A DNA stretch of 35,931 nucleotides from Opitutales bacterium. Lineage in GTDB: Bacteria > Verrucomicrobiota > Verrucomicrobiia > Opitutales > UBA953. The stretch lies in contig JBBAUU010000001.1 in assembly GCA_040398065.1 (NCBI GenBank), positions 1-35,931 of the forward strand, read 5' to 3'. Position numbers and translations under genes: made by a program. The notes under the pieces are model-generated. The model was not told the origin of the DNA. It worked only from the letters and a program-made list of their open reading frames with translations, and made no database searches. Positions 17,188-27,076 of the stretch are shown in pieces (positions within the stretch are counted from its first letter, which is position 1; the number at the start of each line of letters is the position of its first letter).

Positions 17188-17583
17188 ATGTCATCTCGCT
17201 CAGTTAAAGTAGAAGCCAAAAAACTTTTAACCCTCTCGCTAGAGTCGGGTGTGGTTTCTGCTGAGCGCGTTGAAGCGGTTTTAAGCTCACTCAAAAAATC
17301 TCGTCCTGCTTATACCTTACGTCCTCTGCTCCGCGCATATTTAGCAAATGTCCGTAAGGAGATCGCGCGCGGCGAAGCCTTGATTGAACACGCGGGTCCT
17401 CTTTCCGCTGGTGACGCTTCTAATATCGCGACCCATTTTTCCAAATCACATGCGCGTACTGTTGTGCCCGTCGCTCGTCGTAACGATGCGCTCTTGGCCG
17501 GCTTCCGCGTCAGAGTGGGCGATGACGTTATTGATTTAACCGCTGCTCACCGTCTCGAAAATTTAGCCAAATCACTTTCCTAA
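17188..17583 (+). CDS. atpH: F0F1 ATP synthase subunit delta (short, 131 aa)
   Basis: Position between atpF and atpA. C-terminal OSCP-like motif LLAGFRVRVGDDVIDLTAAHRLENL. I prefer the ATG at 17188 over the 17122 start, which overlaps atpF. Confidence 0.75.
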   Translation: MSSRSVKVEAKKLLTLSLESGVVSAERVEAVLSSLKKSRPAYTLRPLLRAYLANVRKEIARGEALIEHAGPLSAGDASNIATHFSKSHARTVVPVARRNDALLAGFRVRVGDDVIDLTAAHRLENLAKSLS

Positions 17584-17610
17584 AAAAACCAAAACCATTT
17601 ATATAAAAAC

Positions 17611-19137
17611 ATGAGTAACGTAATTGACCAAATTCAAAAAGCCATCGCTGGCCTCGACACCCGTGCGGGCAAAGCCAACGTGGGCACAATCGTAACGCTG
17701 GCTGACGGTGTTGCCTCCATCGATGGATTATCGGGAGTCATGATGAATGAGATGATTGAACTTCCTGGTGGCCTTCAGGGCGTCGCGCTCAACCTCGCCG
17801 AAGACACAGTGGGTTGTGTTATTATGGGTGATATTTCTGGCCTTAAAGAAGGCATGGAAGCTAAGACCACCGGACGTCTTCTCTCTGTTCCTGTCGGTAA
17901 AGGTTTGTTAGGTCGCGTGGTTGACGCTCTCGGTAACCCCATCGACGGCAAAGGTCCTATCCAAAGCACCGAACGTTACCCTGTAGAAAAAATTGCTCCT
18001 GGTATCACTCCACGTAAATCCGTCGATCAACCGATGCAAACCGGTATCATGGCTATCGATGCGATGATTCCAGTGGGTCGTGGTCAGCGCGAATTAATCA
18101 TCGGTGACCGTGCAACCGGTAAGACCACCATCGCGATTGATACGATTATTAATCAAGCGAATGCTAACCGAGTTGGTTTGGCTTCGGGTGATGCTAAATT
18201 CCGTCCAGTATTTTCAATCTACGTCGCTATCGGGCAAAAGAATTCCTCGATCGCGCGTACCGTTGGTATTTTAGAAAAAGCCGGCGCAATGGAATATTGC
18301 TGTGTGGTCGCCGCTCCTGCCGCTGATAATGCTGCAAACCAACTCTTCGCTCCTTTCTCCGGAACTGCCATCGGTGAATGGTTCATGGAAAACGGCCAAG
18401 ACGCTCTGATTGTTTATGATGACTTATCTAAACACGCTGCTGCATACCGCCAAATTTCCTTAATCTTAAAACGCCCTTCCGGTCGTGAAGCTTATCCTGG
18501 TGACGTCTTCTATTTGCACTCCCGCCTACTCGAGCGTTCTGCACGCTTAAACGGTAAGGGCTCACTCACCGCACTTCCGATTATTGAAACTCAAGCGGGT
18601 GACGTTTCAGCGTACATTCCGACGAACGTGATTTCGATTACTGATGGTCAGATTTTCTTACAGACCGATTTATTCAATCAAGGTATCCGTCCCGCGGTTT
18701 CCGTGGGTCTCTCGGTTTCGCGCGTAGGATCTGCTGCACAGATCAAAGCCTTTAAACAAGTAGCAGGTAAAGTGAAAGGCGAACTCGCTCAATATCGCGA
18801 ACTTGCTGCCTTCGCGCAGTTCGGTTCTGACTTAGATGCTCAAACCAAAGCAGTTCTCGATAAGGGTGACCGCTTCGTTGAACTCTTTAAACAGCCACCT
18901 ACTGCTCCTAAGTCTGCTGAAATCCAGTGCGCCTTAATTTGGGCGATGCAAAATGGTTTCTTCGCAGACATTGCCGTGAAGTCGGTTACCAAAGCTTCTT
19001 CCACGCTTCAGGAATACCTCGAAACCACTAAACCAGCCGTACTCACAAAAATCCGTGCTGGTGAAAAAATCGATGACGCTGGTGCAGCTGAATTAAAGTC
19101 AGCCTGCGAAAACTGGAAACGTAGTTTTAAAGCCTAA
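17611..19137 (+). CDS. atpA: F0F1 ATP synthase subunit alpha
   Basis: Walker [58 protein letters not shown]. Confidence 0.97.
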   Translation: MSNVIDQIQKAIAGLDTRAGKANVGTIVTLADGVASIDGLSGVMMNEMIELPGGLQGVALNLAEDTVGCVIMGDISGLKEGMEAKTTGRLLSVPVGKGLLGRVVDALGNPIDGKGPIQSTERYPVEKIAPGITPRKSVDQPMQTGIMAIDAMIPVGRGQRELIIGDRATGKTTIAIDTIINQANANRVGLASGDAKFRPVFSIYVAIGQKNSSIARTVGILEKAGAMEYCCVVAAPAADNAANQLFAPFSGTAIGEWFMENGQDALIVYDDLSKHAAAYRQISLILKRPSGREAYPGDVFYLHSRLLERSARLNGKGSLTALPIIETQAGDVSAYIPTNVISITDGQIFLQTDLFNQGIRPAVSVGLSVSRVGSAAQIKAFKQVAGKVKGELAQYRELAAFAQFGSDLDAQTKAVLDKGDRFVELFKQPPTAPKSAEIQCALIWAMQNGFFADIAVKSVTKASSTLQEYLETTKPAVLTKIRAGEKIDDAGAAELKSACENWKRSFKA

Positions 19138-19157
19138 TTATTTTCTAAACACGCTTC

Positions 19158-20036
19158 ATGCCTAAAGGACTCCGCGAGATTCGTAACCGAATAAAATCGG
19201 TGAAAAGCACTGCTCAGATTACTCGAGCAATGCAACTCGTGGCTTCCTCAAAAATGAAGCGCGCTCAAGACGCTGCTCAGAGCAGTCGCGTATACGCCGA
19301 GCTCCTGGGTGAAATTCTAGATACAGCTATTTCCAAGGTGGGTGAATTCAGCCACCCGCTCTTAACCAAGAGAACCGTAAAGACTCGCGGAATTATTTTA
19401 GTAACGGCCGATAAAGGTTTATGCGGTCCATTAAATGGTAATTTAATCCGCCAAGCCGCCGAAATCAAAAACGCCACCTTCGTTTGTGTGGGTCGAAAGG
19501 GTGCTCAAGCTATTGCGCGTTCGGGTCGCACCTTACTCGCCGATTTCCCGGTTTCCGATCGTGCGAACTTCAGCGAAGTCCGCCCCGCCGCAGAATTTTT
19601 ACTCAAAGCATTTAGTGAAGGCACGGTGGATACGGTAGAAATTCTCTACGCCCACTTTAAAAACACCCTCATTCAGGTTCCTCGCCTCCAACAACTTTTA
19701 CCGGCTGATAACTTAGTTACTCAAGCTAAAGACTTACGCGCGAAATTAGGACTCCCCGAGCCTAAGATTGAAAAAGATGAGCGTGAAATGATTTTTGAAC
19801 CAACCGTTGAAGTCATTTTAAACCAACTCCCAGAACTTTTCTTTAAACAAGCCGTACACCAAGCCATTTTAGAAGCCAAAGCTTCAGAACACAGCGCTCG
19901 AATGGTGGCGATGAAAGCAGCCACCGATAATGCCAAGAAATTGGCCGGCGCGCTCTCGCTTGAATACAATAAAGCCCGCCAAGCCGCCATCACTCAGGAG
20001 ATTCTCGAAATCACCGCCGCTGCTTCCCAGGGATAA
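19158..20036 (+). CDS. atpG: F0F1 ATP synthase subunit gamma
   Basis: IRNRIKSVKSTAQITRAMQLVASSKM N-terminus; C-terminal YNKARQAAITQEILEI. Confidence 0.93.
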   Translation: MPKGLREIRNRIKSVKSTAQITRAMQLVASSKMKRAQDAAQSSRVYAELLGEILDTAISKVGEFSHPLLTKRTVKTRGIILVTADKGLCGPLNGNLIRQAAEIKNATFVCVGRKGAQAIARSGRTLLADFPVSDRANFSEVRPAAEFLLKAFSEGTVDTVEILYAHFKNTLIQVPRLQQLLPADNLVTQAKDLRAKLGLPEPKIEKDEREMIFEPTVEVILNQLPELFFKQAVHQAILEAKASEHSARMVAMKAATDNAKKLAGALSLEYNKARQAAITQEILEITAAASQG

Positions 20037-20056
20037 TTTTCTCACCCAACCTTTAA

Positions 20057-21507
<1,451 letters not shown>

Positions 21508-21508
<1 letters not shown>

Positions 21509-21939
21509 TGTCACTCACCTTAGAAATTGTTACACCTGACCGTCGCGCCTACACGGGTGAGGCGGACAGTGTAACTTTGCCTACTGCCCTGGGTAGTATC
21601 GGAATTTTAAAAGGTCACTTACCCTTAACTTCGATTATTGAAGCAGGCGAAGTGGTGGTAGTGCTCAATGGTAAAACCTCGCGCCTAGCTGTTGATAAGG
21701 GCTTTGTGCGTGTCGTCTCCGATAAAGTTTCAGTAGTTACCGAAGCGGCGATTGACGAAACTAAAATTGATTTAAAAGCGATTGAACAAGCGGAAGAGCG
21801 TGCTCGCCAAGCGGTTGAAGCTGCTCGCGGTCAAAAAGAAATTGATCCGGTGGAAATTGCAAAAATTGAACAAATTTTACGTTTCGCAGCTGTTCAACGA
21901 ATGGTCAAAGGTCGTAGCAGCAGTGGCTTAACCGAGTAA
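21508..21939 (+). CDS. atpC: F0F1 ATP synthase subunit epsilon
   Basis: The start overlaps the atpD stop (TAATG). Beta-sandwich N-terminus (LEIVTPDR) and helical C-terminus. Confidence 0.9.
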
Positions 21940-21952
21940 TTAAAGACAAAAA

Positions 21953-21996
21953 GCAGAAGGCTTGCTCGAATACTTTATTTAAAGTATTACTTCTGC
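21953..21996 (+). terminator. Compound stem-loop after atpC, ending at the slyX start codon
   Basis: Outer stem GCAGAAG (21953-21959) / CTTCTGC (21990-21996). Inner stem AATACTTT (21969-21976) / AAAGTATT (21981-21988) with an ATTT loop. No T-tract; the ATG of the next gene follows directly. Confidence 0.3.
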
Positions 21997-22197
21997 ATGC
22001 AGTCAGAAATAAAAGAAATGCAGGAGCGTATCGCGTTTTTACAACGTCATATTGAGCAGCAGGACCGAGCCTTTCTCGAGCTATCTAAAGAAATTACAGC
22101 GCTGTCTCAGCGATTAGCGCGGATGGAAGGAAAGGTAAATCAACTCGGCGGCGACGAAGAAGGTCCACCCGCGGATTCCAAACCACCCCACTGGTAA
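21997..22197 (+). CDS. slyX: SlyX-family small coiled-coil protein
   Basis: 66-aa helical protein, MQERIAFLQRHIEQQDRAFLELSKEITALSQRLARMEGKV, matching the SlyX pattern as I remember it. Confidence 0.65.
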   Translation: MQSEIKEMQERIAFLQRHIEQQDRAFLELSKEITALSQRLARMEGKVNQLGGDEEGPPADSKPPHW

Positions 22198-22198
22198 A

Positions 22199-22909
22199 AT
22201 GTGCGGCCGCGTCACTCAATTTACTTCCGCCCCAAAATTTTATCATTCCCTCGGACTGAGTTTTACCCCCGGTCAGTCCAGATATAATATTTCTCCCGGA
22301 ACAAAACTCGTCTGTGTGCGAAGAGAGCAGGGCGAGTTAAAAACCGGAGAACTTTATTGGGGCTTTATTCCAGCTTGGGCACAAGGCTCTTCAACCCAGG
22401 ACGAACATGCCAATGCAAGAATTGAAACGGTTTCCGAAAAGATAACTTTTAAAGATGCTCTGAAACTGCACCGGTGTTTGATTCCGGTTGATGGTTATTA
22501 TGAGTGGAAGACGATTGGAAAATTAAAAGTACCTTATTATTTTAAAAGAACCGACGGAGAGCCGATGATTTTAGCTGGCTTATGGTCGACACAAATAGGA
22601 CGCGAGGGTGAAACTAAAAAGTCATTATGTCTCCTGACGACCAAGCCGAATCGCGAAGCGGCGCAGGTGCACTCGCGTATGCCCGTGATAATTTCTAGCG
22701 AAACTCAAAAGTTATGGTTATCAGATCACCCATTAAGTCAGTCTTCACTAGACACAGTGAGTGCTACTCCTGAGGCCGGTTTACTGAAAATGTATCGAGT
22801 TTCTAGTGAAGTGAATCGGGTGACCACAGATAAACCCGAGTTAATTAACCCCGTTGTCGGACAATTAGACCAACCCGATTTTTTAGGAGATTTGCTTGGC
22901 GAACCCTAA
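22199..22909 (+). CDS. yedK: SOS-response-associated peptidase (SRAP/YedK) abasic-site processing protein
   Basis: Invariant N-terminal MCGR (catalytic Cys2), YNISPGT, IPVDGYYEW, HSRMPVI. Confidence 0.88.
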   Translation: MCGRVTQFTSAPKFYHSLGLSFTPGQSRYNISPGTKLVCVRREQGELKTGELYWGFIPAWAQGSSTQDEHANARIETVSEKITFKDALKLHRCLIPVDGYYEWKTIGKLKVPYYFKRTDGEPMILAGLWSTQIGREGETKKSLCLLTTKPNREAAQVHSRMPVIISSETQKLWLSDHPLSQSSLDTVSATPEAGLLKMYRVSSEVNRVTTDKPELINPVVGQLDQPDFLGDLLGEP

Positions 22910-22931
22910 ATTATTATCATTAAATAATGAA

Positions 22932-23333
22932 ATGAGTAACCCCCTTAAAAAACCAAAGATTGTTGAAAAACCTTGGGGCCGCGAAATTTGGTTTGCCGAC
23001 CAAACTCAATACGCCGGAAAAATTTTAGAAGTAACCAAAGGAAAGAGACTCAGTCTGCAATATCACGAGAGAAAAACCGAGACCCTCTATTTGGTTTCTG
23101 GAAAAGTTCGTCTCACTTACCGCGAATTACAATCTGGAGAAAAACATGAGTCTGCCCCCATTACTCAATCCAACGAATTTATTTGGGAGCCAGGTCTAAT
23201 CGTACATATTCCCGTACGTACGATACACCGCTTTGAAGCCATTGAAGATAGCGTTCTCTTGGAAGCATCGACGCCCGATTTAACCGATGTGGTTCGTCTG
23301 CAAGATGATTATGCGCGTCCATCACGCGACTAA
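22932..23333 (+). CDS. Cupin-domain protein (type II mannose-6-phosphate isomerase C-terminal-like)
   Basis: EKPWGREIWF, GKRLSLQYHERKTETLYLVSGKV, HRFEA. The ORF track starts at TTG 22896, which overlaps yedK; the ATG at 22932 is my preferred start. Confidence 0.72.
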   Translation: MSNPLKKPKIVEKPWGREIWFADQTQYAGKILEVTKGKRLSLQYHERKTETLYLVSGKVRLTYRELQSGEKHESAPITQSNEFIWEPGLIVHIPVRTIHRFEAIEDSVLLEASTPDLTDVVRLQDDYARPSRD

Positions 23334-23336
23334 TCG

Positions 23337-24296
23337 ATGAAGAAGGTTTTAGCATTTGATTTAGGAGGCACCAAATTCGCCTTCGGGGTAGTCGCAGAAA
23401 ACGGTGAAGTGATTGGTTCTGATAAAATAGAAACTTTAGCTAAACAAGGTCCCGAACAAGCGATTCAGCGCGTCAACTTAGCGGCCCAATCGTTGCTTAA
23501 AAAATTAAATATTAAACCTGAAGAACTGATCGGGATTGGAATCGCTTCGCCAGGGCCGCTGGATATTTCGAAAGGCTGTGTCGACGGTTCACCTAATTTA
23601 CCAGGTTGGACGGGTTACTCGATCGAGGCCGGATTAAGTACCTTCTTTAATTTGCCCGCACGGATTGATAACGATGCCAATGCCGCCGCGCTCGGAGAGT
23701 ATAAATTCGGCGCCGGGAAAAATAAGAAAAATATGGTCTATATAACCGTCTCTACCGGGATTGGTGGGGGTGTGATTGTCGATGGTCGCTTGATGCGAGG
23801 GGCTAATGGGAACGCTGCAGAACTTGGCCACCTCACCCTTAATATCAACGGCCCGGCATGTCCCTGTGGGGCTAATGGCTGTTTTGAAATGTACGCTTCC
23901 GGCACCGCGATTGCCCGTCGCACCCGCGAGGCCATTCAAGCCGGCACTCAGTCCCAAATTTTAAACTTAGCTGGTAGTATCGAAGATATTACCCCCCATC
24001 ATATTTTAGAGGCACTACAAAAGAATGACGCTCTTGCCCAAAAAATATGGAATGAAACTACGGAGTATCTGGGGCGAGGTTTGGCGGTAGTCATCAACAC
24101 ATTTAATCCCGAACTCATTGTTGTGGGTGGTGGCGTCACCGCCGCTGGTGATCTATTATTTAAACCGGTGCGTGAAAAAGCTCTGCGTTATGCTTTTCCT
24201 CGATTGGCTGCAGTTTGTTCTATTGTTCCTGCCGGACTCGGTTCCAATGTCGGTGTCGTCGGCGCGGCCGCGTGTGCGTTTGAAGCTACGGAATAA
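23337..24296 (+). CDS. ROK-family sugar kinase (glucokinase-like)
   Basis: FDLGGTKFAFG, DNDANAAALGE, and the ROK zinc motif GHLTLNINGPACPCGANGCFEMYASG. Confidence 0.85.
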   Translation: MKKVLAFDLGGTKFAFGVVAENGEVIGSDKIETLAKQGPEQAIQRVNLAAQSLLKKLNIKPEELIGIGIASPGPLDISKGCVDGSPNLPGWTGYSIEAGLSTFFNLPARIDNDANAAALGEYKFGAGKNKKNMVYITVSTGIGGGVIVDGRLMRGANGNAAELGHLTLNINGPACPCGANGCFEMYASGTAIARRTREAIQAGTQSQILNLAGSIEDITPHHILEALQKNDALAQKIWNETTEYLGRGLAVVINTFNPELIVVGGGVTAAGDLLFKPVREKALRYAFPRLAAVCSIVPAGLGSNVGVVGAAACAFEATE

Positions 24297-24995
24297 TTAG
24301 AGCCTTTGTTTTTTCCACTTCGGAATAGGGAAAACATTAAGATCATCAGTTTTAATTTCTACCTCATCGCGGGGCCGAAGTTTTTTAGCCGCCTTGAAAT
24401 TAATAATTTCGTAATGTTTTATAGTGGAAATATGAGACGTTAATTCCCAGCAGTTGTTAGGATTATTAACCCAAAGTTTGCTTGGAAATTTTCGGAGATC
24501 ATAGGGGGCCGAATAGCTCCGTAGAGATTTTCTCCGACCTTTAGCAAATTCGTGAAAATAGGACATCACTAACTCACGAACCGAATGGTAAACAGGATCG
24601 CGCCACCGCAGGCAGGTGTAGTTGGTTTTCGAGATGGCACCCCACTTGCCGTTTAGCTTAAAGGGGGCAATGACGTGGTCCATGTCCTGATGGGCACAGA
24701 GATCAATTAAGAGGGGCGGGTGACCCTGTAACCAGAGTGCCATTGCGGCAATCATGGCGCCCTCAATACAGTGGGCTGAATTGGCATTTAGGGCAGATTT
24801 TACGGAGCGGGCGGTATCTCCTTCGGGTTCAAAATTTTGCGGAAAAAAGACCAAGTAATCCTGAATTTTTCTCGGAGTTTTTAGGCTCACCAGAAGTTTT
24901 GCCTGCTTCAATGTTAACCCCATTTTCTGAGCAAAAAGAATCGGTGACCGGGGTGGCATTAATGAGTTTATAAATACTAAGTTAATTTTGCTCAA
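24297..24995 (-). CDS. Hypothetical protein; possible Cys-His hydrolase (transglutaminase/papain-like core)
   Basis: 232-aa ORF. NSAHCIEGAMIAAMALWLQG is followed about 30 aa later by DHVIAPFKLNGKWGAIS, which resembles the Cys...His spacing of transglutaminase-like cores. The family is not recognised. The start is ambiguous (Met1, Met13 or Met25). Confidence 0.5.
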   Translation of the reverse strand: MSKINLVFINSLMPPRSPILFAQKMGLTLKQAKLLVSLKTPRKIQDYLVFFPQNFEPEGDTARSVKSALNANSAHCIEGAMIAAMALWLQGHPPLLIDLCAHQDMDHVIAPFKLNGKWGAISKTNYTCLRWRDPVYHSVRELVMSYFHEFAKGRRKSLRSYSAPYDLRKFPSKLWVNNPNNCWELTSHISTIKHYEIINFKAAKKLRPRDEVEIKTDDLNVFPIPKWKKQRL

Positions 24996-25047
24996 GACGT
25001 AATCTGTTCGCCAAAATTCTGAAAACCTTCACGGTTTATTCTTAAAC

Positions 25048-25716
25048 ATGGATGCCACCACCATTGAACATCTCCGCTGGGGAGTGCTGCAGTTGATTTT
25101 ACTGATTATCTCGATTGGTCTCCACGAATTCGGCCATGCTTGGGCCGCTGATTTAAGAGGCGACCCAATGCCGCGTCTGCAAGGCCGCGTCACACTCAAC
25201 CCCTTTGCTCACGCCGACCCGATTGGAACTATTTTAATTCCCGCAGTGATGATTTTCTTAAGTCCCGGCTTTGGCATTATCGGTTGGGGTAAGCCGGTAC
25301 AAATTTCTCTGCCCAATCCTAAAACTCGTCGTGCGGATGACATTATCATCACCCTGGCAGGCCCGGCGATGAATGTTTTACTCTGTGTGGTTTTCGCTTT
25401 GATTGGTGTCCTCACCGACGCGTCCCACAACGCTCCCGCGACGAGTAACTTGGCCCAATTTCTATTTTTAGGAATTTTACTTAATGCCTCACTAGCAGCG
25501 TTTAATTTAATTCCAATTCCTCCATTAGACGGATCCCGCTTAGCCCTCAGACTGGGCATTTACTCGGAAGAAATTTTCCAAAACTTATCGCGCTGGGGCT
25601 TTTTTATTTTACTTATAGCCATTAATATACCCGGCTTTAATAAATTAATAATGTTAATGATAAGCCCAATTTTATGGCTCTCTGCTCTGATTTGGCCCCA
25701 TTTAATCCCTAGATAA
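25048..25716 (+). CDS. Site-2 protease family (peptidase M50) intramembrane metalloprotease
   Basis: HEFGHAW zinc motif in a TM helix and the second motif NLIPIPPLDG; polytopic membrane protein. Confidence 0.85.
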   Translation: MDATTIEHLRWGVLQLILLIISIGLHEFGHAWAADLRGDPMPRLQGRVTLNPFAHADPIGTILIPAVMIFLSPGFGIIGWGKPVQISLPNPKTRRADDIIITLAGPAMNVLLCVVFALIGVLTDASHNAPATSNLAQFLFLGILLNASLAAFNLIPIPPLDGSRLALRLGIYSEEIFQNLSRWGFFILLIAINIPGFNKLIMLMISPILWLSALIWPHLIPR

Positions 25717-25764
25717 AATCACCCGAGGCTTGCCTATTTTTATCCCCTCGCTGATAACCTCCTT

Positions 25765-26163
25765 ATGCAAACACTCGGTGAAAGACTACAAGAAGCCCGT
25801 CAACGTCTGGGCGTAACCCTGCGCGAAGCTGCAGAATTTACCAAACTCCGTACGGATTATCTCCAGGCGATGGAGGCGAATCAGTTTGAATCCATTCCTT
25901 TGGCGGATGTTTATCGCCGTGGTTTCGTAAAAGTCTACGCACGCTATTTGAGACTCGATGACGAAAAAGCCGTTGCCGATTACAATACCCATCACTCTAC
26001 TCGCGCCGCTCGTCGTCCGATCGATGCCCTTGAAGGTGAAGAAACCGATGTAGCTCCCGTGTCGGTGGCTAGTGCGGTTCCTCCGATGAGTCGCGACACC
26101 ATGATTTGGATTTCCGTCGGTATCGGTATTTTAGGATTAATCGTGTTAATGTTATTCTTCTAA
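25765..26163 (+). CDS. RodZ-like HTH (XRE-type) protein with a single C-terminal TM anchor and no periplasmic domain
   Basis: LGERLQEARQRLGVTLREAAEFTKLRTDYLQAMEANQFESIP...YRRGFVKVYARYL matches the RodZ/HTH_25 N-terminal pattern. It ends in MIWISVGIGILGLIVLMLFF-stop. Confidence 0.7.
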   Translation: MQTLGERLQEARQRLGVTLREAAEFTKLRTDYLQAMEANQFESIPLADVYRRGFVKVYARYLRLDDEKAVADYNTHHSTRAARRPIDALEGEETDVAPVSVASAVPPMSRDTMIWISVGIGILGLIVLMLFF

Positions 26164-26189
26164 AATTTATAGAAAAATAAGAGAGGAGG

Positions 26190-26217
26190 TTGACCCACCC
26201 AATTTCCGGATTAAGTT
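26190..26217 (+). promoter_or_regulatory. Sigma70-like promoter motif TTGACC-N16-TAAGTT upstream of the HNH gene
   Basis: TTGACC at 26190-26195 and TAAGTT at 26212-26217. The same two hexamers and the same spacing occur before tRNA-Glu at 35830-35857. Confidence 0.35.
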
Positions 26218-26226
26218 TGAGGTACA

Positions 26227-26844
26227 TTGTCCTCTCGACTTGATCAGCGTGTCCTTGTTTTAAACCGTCTATGGCAGCCGGTTAATATCGTCGGCGTTAT
26301 GCGCGCCATGAATCTCCTGTTTCGCGGTCGAGCTTCCGTGGTTTATTCCGACGTCAAAGGCCACCAGGTTTACTCCTCTGCGGAATGGATCAGTCATTCA
26401 CTCGCTAATCCACCAGCCGATTTAGAAGCCATTCGTTCGCCCTGTATTGCCCTGCGTATACCCCGTGTATTATTATTAGGAGCCTACGACCGCGTACCAC
26501 GTCGGGAGATTCGTTTTAGTCGCCGCAATATTTATTTAAGAGACGGTCATCAATGTCAGTACTGCGGCCGCGTATTCCGCGAAGAGGAATTAAATCTCGA
26601 CCACGTCGTCCCGCGCGATGTGGGTGGTAAAACCAGTTGGGAGAATATTGTGACCGCCTGTGTGCGTTGTAATTCCCGTAAGGCGAATCGACTACCCGAG
26701 CAGGCGGGGATGACTCTTCGACGTGTTCCCGCAAAGCCCAAATGGCGCCTGGTCGTGGCCTCCTCGCTTTCGACGGATGAAGCCGAAGTCTGGAAAGAGT
26801 TTTTAGAAGTCACTCCATCGGGCCAATTACCTTGGAGAGCTTAA
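26227..26844 (+). CDS. HNH endonuclease
   Basis: CQYCGR...LNLDHVVPRDVGGKTSWENIVTACVRCNSRKANR (HNH with two CxxC pairs). TTG is the only possible start, because an in-frame TGA lies at 26218-26220. GAGGT sits 3 nt upstream. Confidence 0.85.
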   Translation: MSSRLDQRVLVLNRLWQPVNIVGVMRAMNLLFRGRASVVYSDVKGHQVYSSAEWISHSLANPPADLEAIRSPCIALRIPRVLLLGAYDRVPRREIRFSRRNIYLRDGHQCQYCGRVFREEELNLDHVVPRDVGGKTSWENIVTACVRCNSRKANRLPEQAGMTLRRVPAKPKWRLVVASSLSTDEAEVWKEFLEVTPSGQLPWRA

Positions 26845-26850
26845 AATCCT

Positions 26851-26924
26851 TGGTGCGGGTAAACGGATTCGAACCGTTGTCACCACTTTGGAAGAGTGGG
26901 GTCCTACCACTGAACGATACCCGC
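26851..26924 (-). tRNA. tRNA-Gly (anticodon UCC), CCA encoded
   Basis: The reverse complement folds as a cloverleaf: GCGGGTA/TACCCGC acceptor, GTTC/GGAC D stem, CCACT-CTTCCAA-AGTGG anticodon arm, AACGG-TTCGAAT-CCGTT T arm, then ACCA. Confidence 0.9.
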
Positions 26925-27076
26925 GTGGCCAAGGGCGATGACCTTTCCATATTCATCTGAAGAGGTCAAGACTCCCTCGAAGGCATTGTTTTAAAAATGT
27001 CAAAAATGCCTCAAATAGTGACTTCTTTGCCCTTTTCGATAGTCTCACCTTAGTCCATGATTCGTGGTCTTATTGC

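Noticed and set aside
26851-26924. tRNA-Gly and the terminal tRNA-Glu as possible integration sites for a genomic island
   Set aside because: There is no integrase, no direct repeat of the tRNA 3' end that I could find, and no compositional break. The flanking genes are housekeeping.
26925-27076. The largest intergenic gap (152 nt), examined for an ncRNA, riboswitch or small ORF. It contains an AGGCATT (26981-26987) / AATGCCT (27005-27011) inverted repeat and an 18-codon ATG frame.
   Set aside because: The gap is best explained as divergent promoter space for tRNA-Gly and pepP. The stem is 7 bp with a 17-nt loop, and the mini-ORF has no start context or conservation signal that I can assess.
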